A DNA stretch of 64,000 nucleotides from an uncultured Candidatus Binatia bacterium (lineage in GTDB: Bacteria > Desulfobacterota > Binatia > Bin18). The stretch is taken from contig OZ243979.1 in the NCBI GenBank assembly GCA_965214755.1, positions 1,923,251-1,987,250 of the forward strand, in the 5' to 3' direction. Both the position numbers and the translations under genes were made by a program. Every line of letters starts with the position of its first letter. Within the stretch, counting starts at the first letter, position 1. Below, piece by piece: positions 59,190 through 64,000 of the stretch. Under the pieces are notes generated by a model. The model made no database searches. It saw only the letters and a list, made by a program, of their open reading frames with translations, and had not been told where the DNA came from.

Positions 59190-59978
59190 TTACCGGCCGT
59201 TCGCAGCATGAAGCGCACTGCGGATTATCACTCCCTCACGGGTCAGGGCCTCTCGAAGCGCCCGCAGTATCTCCGGAGCCCGCATCAACTCGCCCGATAT
59301 GGCAATGCTTTCTGCATCAAGCGCGAGCTCTTTGCCCCCCGTGGTCGTGACCTTACCCTCGGTGACAACTCTCATAACGAGCCGTACCGCTTCTTCCACA
59401 CTGTCCTCGCCGTGCCCGTACGTCAGGTCTCCGTCATCCTTGTATCCTAACCCTGGGTAGAACTCTTTGACGACCCGCATCCCCAGTTGCTCGGCGACTT
59501 CCAAGACAGGATAGCACGGAAGCGCTGGCAGGTAGGCCACGATGTCCGGGTTCACCGCTTGAAATCCCTCAAGCATAGCTCGGGTATTCTCCTCGCTGAG
59601 CTGTGCCCACACATAAAACGCACTATGCGGCTTGGCCGCCTCAAGCCGCAATCCTGCTGCTTCGGCAAAGGCTTTCAGCGCCCCGAGTTGATACACAACA
59701 TACTCCTTGCCCTCTTGGGGAGTGATGTGCATAAGTCTCCGGCCGAAACCCCGCATGTCGGGAAAGCCCGGATGGCCCCCGACTGTCACACCGTATTTCT
59801 TGGCACTCTCGACAGAGCGACGGACCCAGCTTGGATCACCTGCGTGAAAGCCACACGCGATATTGGCGTGACTGATCCCCTGCATCACCTCCTCGGGTCG
59901 TCCCAGCACATAGTTACCAAAGGATTCCCCCACATCGCTGTTGAGATCAATCCAAGTTCTCGTGCTTCTCATGCTCAA
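59190..59978 (-). CDS. pxpA: 5-oxoprolinase subunit A / LamB-YcsF family protein
   Basis: WIDLNSDVGESFG N-terminal motif, 262 aa. Confidence 0.8.
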   Translation of the reverse strand: MSMRSTRTWIDLNSDVGESFGNYVLGRPEEVMQGISHANIACGFHAGDPSWVRRSVESAKKYGVTVGGHPGFPDMRGFGRRLMHITPQEGKEYVVYQLGALKAFAEAAGLRLEAAKPHSAFYVWAQLSEENTRAMLEGFQAVNPDIVAYLPALPCYPVLEVAEQLGMRVVKEFYPGLGYKDDGDLTYGHGEDSVEEAVRLVMRVVTEGKVTTTGGKELALDAESIAISGELMRAPEILRALREALTREGVIIRSALHAANGR

Positions 59979-60058
59979 ACCTCCTCGCCTGTCTTAGAAA
60001 AATCGGACGTTCCGTTTTGTCACGTCTGCCCGCACTCTCTACGCCGCCCGGCCAGAAG

Positions 60059-60460
60059 TTACTCGAACTCCGATGCACCGGTTGCGGGGGGATATTCGTT
60101 CCACCATTCCCGGAATACACGACACCGGCCACTCTCGGTCAGTGTGATCAGAAAGATTCCTTCCATTCTGACGGATTGGCCCACCTGCACGGATTCCATC
60201 GCGGCCCACCAGCGCGCGATGTACCGCCCGTCTTCGGTCAGCGCCAGAGGTTCGTAACCGAACGTAATCCCGGCCTGGTTCCTCTGGGTAGCAGTCTCCC
60301 AGGCACGTCGGATCGCCGGCTGACCTGCGATCGGCTCGGCGAACGGACCCCAGACGTAGGTCCCGTCCTCGGTGAAGAGTGCTGCCGCAGCATCCGGGTC
60401 CTGGTTCTCCCAGGCATTGCCGTAGGCGTCGAGCCAAGCGTTGAGTGCCTCGAAACCCAT
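60059..60460 (-). CDS. NTF2-like (SnoaL-like) protein
   Basis: 134 aa from MGFEAL with GGAGG SD. Confidence 0.55.
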   Translation of the reverse strand: MGFEALNAWLDAYGNAWENQDPDAAAALFTEDGTYVWGPFAEPIAGQPAIRRAWETATQRNQAGITFGYEPLALTEDGRYIARWWAAMESVQVGQSVRMEGIFLITLTESGRCRVFREWWNEYPPATGASEFE

Positions 60461-60643
60461 AGGAGCCTCCTTTCCTCTTTTTACACGGTTGAAGCCCATA
60501 CATAGCGCCCGACGGGGGATTGTCCACAGGCAGCATCTACCCGTTCGTCTGCGTGGCTTGACAGCAGCATGAGAAGCATTCCACAGTTGGAGCTACGCAC
60601 CGCGGGGCACGTATTCGGAGCTAGAGAGTGGAGAGGGCTGACC

Positions 60644-61447
60644 ATGCGAGATTTTTCGACCCTTGGCAAACGCAAAGCCGTGTTGGGCATGATTCATCTG
60701 CAACCGCTGCCCGGCACCTTGTTTTACCAGGACGGCAGCTTCAACCAGACACTCGATACTGCGGTTGAATCGGCTCGGGCGCTCTACCACGGCGGAGCGG
60801 ACGGGTGTTTGGTACAGACCGTCGATCGTATTTACAGCGTGAAAGACGAATCCGACCCGGCACGCACGACTGCCATGGGCTTGATTGTGCACGCCATTGT
60901 CCAGGCCACGGGTGCAGACTTCCAGGTCGGAGTGCAGTTGATGCGGAATGCGCTCAAAGCCTCGTTGGCGGTGGCAAAGGTGGCGGGGGGAAGTTTTATT
61001 CGGGCCGGCGCGCTGGTGGGCACGACGCTGACCGCGCACGGCATGGTCGAAGCCAATCCGCTCGACGTGATGGAGTATCGCCAAAAGATCAACGCCTGGG
61101 ATGTCAAGGTCATTGCCGAAGTCGACTCCATGCACTTCAAATGGTTGGGCGAGCCAAAGCCGACCGCGGAGATCGCCCGGAGCGCGAAATATGTGGGGGC
61201 GGATGCGGTGTCGTTGGGCGCTCCCGACGAAAACAGAACGCTGGAAATGATCGCCTCGGTGCGGAAGGCCGGGCCGGGCCTGCCGATTATTTTGGCGGGG
61301 TACACCAACCACGAGAACGCAGCACGGTTACTGGCCGCAGCGGACGGGGCATTTGTCGGCACCTGTCTGGAACGCGGCGGGTGGGGTGGACAGATTGATG
61401 TCGAGCGGGTCAAGACCTATGTAGACATCGTGCGAGGACTGGAATGA
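60644..61447 (+). CDS. BtpA/SgcQ family TIM-barrel protein
   Basis: LGMIHLQPLPG...GADGCLVQTV. The BtpA family resembles TIGR00259. Confidence 0.7.
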   Translation: MRDFSTLGKRKAVLGMIHLQPLPGTLFYQDGSFNQTLDTAVESARALYHGGADGCLVQTVDRIYSVKDESDPARTTAMGLIVHAIVQATGADFQVGVQLMRNALKASLAVAKVAGGSFIRAGALVGTTLTAHGMVEANPLDVMEYRQKINAWDVKVIAEVDSMHFKWLGEPKPTAEIARSAKYVGADAVSLGAPDENRTLEMIASVRKAGPGLPIILAGYTNHENAARLLAAADGAFVGTCLERGGWGGQIDVERVKTYVDIVRGLE

Positions 61448-61457
61448 AAAGGACGGA

Positions 61458-62594
61458 ATGATGGAGCCACTCAAGCCAGAGGTGATGTTCAGGCAGGTCG
61501 CTGGCTTAGCCAGCGACTTACGACGGTTGACCCACCCGTTTGAGCAGCAGGTGCGGGCGGCCCTCACGCCGTCGGAATGGCAGGCAGTGAAAAAGGTTTA
61601 CCTCACCGGGGACGGGGACTCCTACCATGCCTCGTGCGCCGCTGAAATAGCTTTTGAGGCTATGGCCGGCGTGGACTGTGAGCCGCTGAGCGCACAACGT
61701 TTTCTGGACTACGGCGCAGCCTGGATGCGTCCCGCTGCGCAGCATCAGACCCTGGTGATTGCCACCTCGGCCTCGGGTAGTACCGAGCGCGTCGTGCAAG
61801 CGATTAAACGGGCCAAAGAGCACGGCGCGTTGACCCTGGCGCTCACCGGTACGCCCAACAGTGCGGTCACACAGGTGGCGGACCGTGCCATTACGGTCGA
61901 ACTGCCGCAAAGAGAACGCTCTCCAGGGATTCGTACCTACCAAGCCAGTCTGGCAGGAATGCTGTTGGCGGCGATTCAGTTAGGTGAGTGGCAAGGCAGG
62001 TATGCCCAAGAAGAAGCAGAGCGTCTGCGCCGGGAACTGGTTGATCTCGCCGATGTTGTGGTCGCCACCACGAACGCTATTCAGGTAGGCTGTCGGGAGG
62101 TGGCAGACACGATTGCCGCAAGCCCCGTTGCGGTCGTGCTGGGCAGTGGGCCGAGTTATGGCACCGCCCTCTACAGTGCGGCAAAGCTGATCGAGGCCGC
62201 GGGGATTTTTGCCATAGGGCAGGACTTGGAAGAGTGGTGGCATGTTGAACGTTTTGCCTATCCGATGGACATGCCGGTTTTTATTATTGCCCCGCCGGGC
62301 CGCTCGCATTGGCGGGCAGAGAGCGTAGCAGCAACTGCGCGCGGCTTGGGCCGACGAGTTATTGTCGTGACGCACAAAGACGATACCCAGGTCGCCCGCC
62401 ATGCTCACATGGTGTTACCCGTCCCCGGCGAGGTGCGCGAGGAGTTTTCACCCTTGCTCTACCATCTGTTTGCCAGCTATGTAGCGGCCCATGTCGCCGA
62501 GCGTTTAGGTCGCTGTCCCTTCCAAAGCGACCGGCCTGAATTGCTCCGCTCGGTGAACGACTACTTCGCCCGCCAGCGACAGGATGCCGATTAA
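61458..62594 (+). CDS. SIS-domain sugar phosphate isomerase/deglycase-like protein (two SIS domains)
   Basis: SASGSTERV and a second SIS region. Sits downstream of the BtpA-like gene, as in frl/sgc-type clusters. Confidence 0.7.
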   Translation: MMEPLKPEVMFRQVAGLASDLRRLTHPFEQQVRAALTPSEWQAVKKVYLTGDGDSYHASCAAEIAFEAMAGVDCEPLSAQRFLDYGAAWMRPAAQHQTLVIATSASGSTERVVQAIKRAKEHGALTLALTGTPNSAVTQVADRAITVELPQRERSPGIRTYQASLAGMLLAAIQLGEWQGRYAQEEAERLRRELVDLADVVVATTNAIQVGCREVADTIAASPVAVVLGSGPSYGTALYSAAKLIEAAGIFAIGQDLEEWWHVERFAYPMDMPVFIIAPPGRSHWRAESVAATARGLGRRVIVVTHKDDTQVARHAHMVLPVPGEVREEFSPLLYHLFASYVAAHVAERLGRCPFQSDRPELLRSVNDYFARQRQDAD

Positions 62595-63750
62595 AGACAT
62601 AAGAATCCATCAGCTTCCATTTCATCTCACTCTGCTCTTCGGAAGATTTTCCCTCAGCATCTCCCTTGAAGCAGAGCTTTTCTTTTGGGTCGCCAGATTC
62701 GTTCCACCAGGAGACCTCCAATTGAAGGTAGAGGGGACATTCTGCGTTCATACTCAGCGGTTTCCACCAAAAGCCTATAAAACCGCCGGAACGATTAGAA
62801 ACGTCCTCCCAGCCCATCCATTCCTCGTCGGTTCCCTTACACAGCTCACACTCGAACCTCCGATACAACCCTTCCCAGGCGAGTTTATCGTCTCTGTTTT
62901 CTTCTTCTCGCGTCCATTTACAGTAGCTCTCGGTGCGTTCCTCAATTCCCCGCAGGTATTCTCGGAAGTCTACGAGAATCGGGTGAGAGCCACTGTATTT
63001 CTTCAAGACCTGCAGGAAATCTTTTCGGCGAAAGAGTTTATAGCCGCATTTCTCAATTTTTTTGTCCTCAGCAAGAGACTGGTTCCCTGTCTTGAGTTAA
63101 ATAGGATGGACATTATTCTCGTTAACTTCTCCAAAGCCCGTCTCTCCAGTGATTACGGCCTTGTAGTACCGTGCTAACTTATCCTCGCGATCTTTCGCCA
63201 TCGTCTTATCCTCAATCAGAAGAACGTATCTTTCGTTGATCCGAGCGAAGATGTCGATTTTCTTATCCTGCTTACGAATCTCAGCCTTGATGTTCCTGTC
63301 AAACCGTACCCAGTCATCCCTTTTGTGATTGAGGAGCGCTTGTACGAATTCACGACCACAGGCGCGCAGTACCGCCTGATCCTCATCAACGCAAGTATTC
63401 TCATTCTGGCCCGCCCAGGCGATCAGCCAGCAGATCATCGCATCCTGGGACACTTCCTTCGTGGCGTAGCGAAATATATTCGGGCGACAACCTTTGTTGT
63501 CACTTGCCATAACATCCGCTTCTCTCTCTGTCCGCCATATCCCCCAATTGGACGCGCTTGGTCTCTTGCCCGATCTCATACAGGAATTCTGGAGCAAAGT
63601 CCGCTCCGTTCGGCCACTCAATCGTGTTCGTCTCACTATTGACCCTGGCCTGTTTGAAAAAACCCACGTCTTTGAGCGGTTCAAACACCTCACCGTGAAG
63701 TTCTCCTCGCAGGTCCACTTCTTTGACCACCCCATCATTGAACTCGACAC
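62590..63750 (-). pseudogene. PD-(D/E)xK nuclease-like gene interrupted by an in-frame TAA; low-GC island
   Basis: ORFs 63097-63750 and 62359-63006 are in the same frame, separated by TAA (63097-63099) and 30 sense codons. ...IDIFARINERYVLLIEDK... is a nuclease-like core. The 3' tail overlapping the SIS gene is probably not coding. Confidence 0.45.
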
Positions 63751-63799
63751 GAATTCTATACGCTTCGAGATAGCTAACGGCTGAGACGTGTAAAAACAT
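63500..63799 (-). CDS. DUF2442 domain protein
   Basis: MFLHVSAVSYLEAYRIRVEFNDG... is typical of DUF2442. Downstream of a DUF4160 gene. Confidence 0.65.
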   Translation of the reverse strand: MFLHVSAVSYLEAYRIRVEFNDGVVKEVDLRGELHGEVFEPLKDVGFFKQARVNSETNTIEWPNGADFAPEFLYEIGQETKRVQLGDMADRERSGCYGK

Positions 63800-63854
63800 A
63801 GCTCCTCTTCAGGCTAAAGGAGGAATCGGTACAAGAGGTCTTCTTTCTCTTGCC

Positions 63855-64000
63855 TACTCCCAGTTTCTGAGCAACTCCTGGTGGTATTTCTCCGACCACT
63901 CGAATATCAGCCTCAATGCCTGTCGTGACATCTTTCCTTGGACAATTCCCGTCTCAATTTCTACAAGGACTTCTTGTTCCTGATAGCGTGCGTGGAAGTG
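63855..64000 (-). CDS. DUF4160 domain protein, 5' partial (runs off the window)
   Basis: ...HFHARYQEQEVLVEIETGIVQGKMSRQALRLIFEWSEKYHQELLRNWE*, the DUF4160 family core. Confidence 0.6.

Noticed and set aside
59150-59200. tRNA-like start ggggggcgtaatagctcag downstream of pxpA
   Set aside because: No acceptor/T-arm pairing or GTTCRA T-loop follows. It folds as simple GC hairpins (gtaatag/ctattac), more likely terminator-like structure.
62359-62590. C-terminal 80 aa of ORF 62359-63006 overlapping the SIS gene on the opposite strand
   Set aside because: Composition switches from low GC to Arg/Gly-rich high GC exactly at the SIS gene boundary. It is probably a read-through of a pseudogene into antisense DNA.

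Overview
High-GC (about 62-65%) bacterial chromosomal segment, with annotation as follows. Lineage is not assigned: F420/LLM-type oxidoreductases, a tungsten aldehyde:ferredoxin oxidoreductase (AOR) and Sox genes suggest an actinobacterial or Chloroflexi-like organism. Most of the window encodes catabolic enzymes: LLM/F420-type oxidoreductases, amidohydrolases, hydantoinase A/B, SDRs, a copper amine oxidase, an AOR operon remnant (AOR, FAD oxidoreductase, MoaD-like), and a sulfur-oxidation cluster (iorAB-like Mo enzyme, soxY, soxZ, fccAB, soxXA fusion). Several lower-GC accessory islands interrupt this backbone. (1) 8765-11163: secreted/hypothetical genes bounded by 119-bp direct repeats that duplicate the promoter, RBS and ATG of the isochorismatase gene. 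(2) about 28010-34130: a decayed Type III R-M locus (mod truncated; res carries 4 in-frame TAG codons and frameshifts) that encloses an intact AAA-ATPase plus small PD-(D/E)xK-like protein pair translationally coupled to res. This pair is a candidate defence module. (3) 48500-50070: a frameshifted mazF with intact antitoxin, a secreted-protein paralog, and a frameshifted higA-like gene. (4) about 56460-59000: an overlapping two-gene module containing a C11 homopolymer (phase-variation candidate) and a NYN pseudogene. (5) 62590-64000: a PD-(D/E)xK pseudogene and a DUF4160/DUF2442 pair. Other notable items are a 1696-aa DEDD-exonuclease/RecQ/UvrD tri-domain helicase next to a DUF433/DUF5615 TA pair, and a perfect 67-bp tandem duplication that disrupts a CMD-family gene. 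No rRNA, tRNA, CRISPR array, integrase or transposase was recognised.
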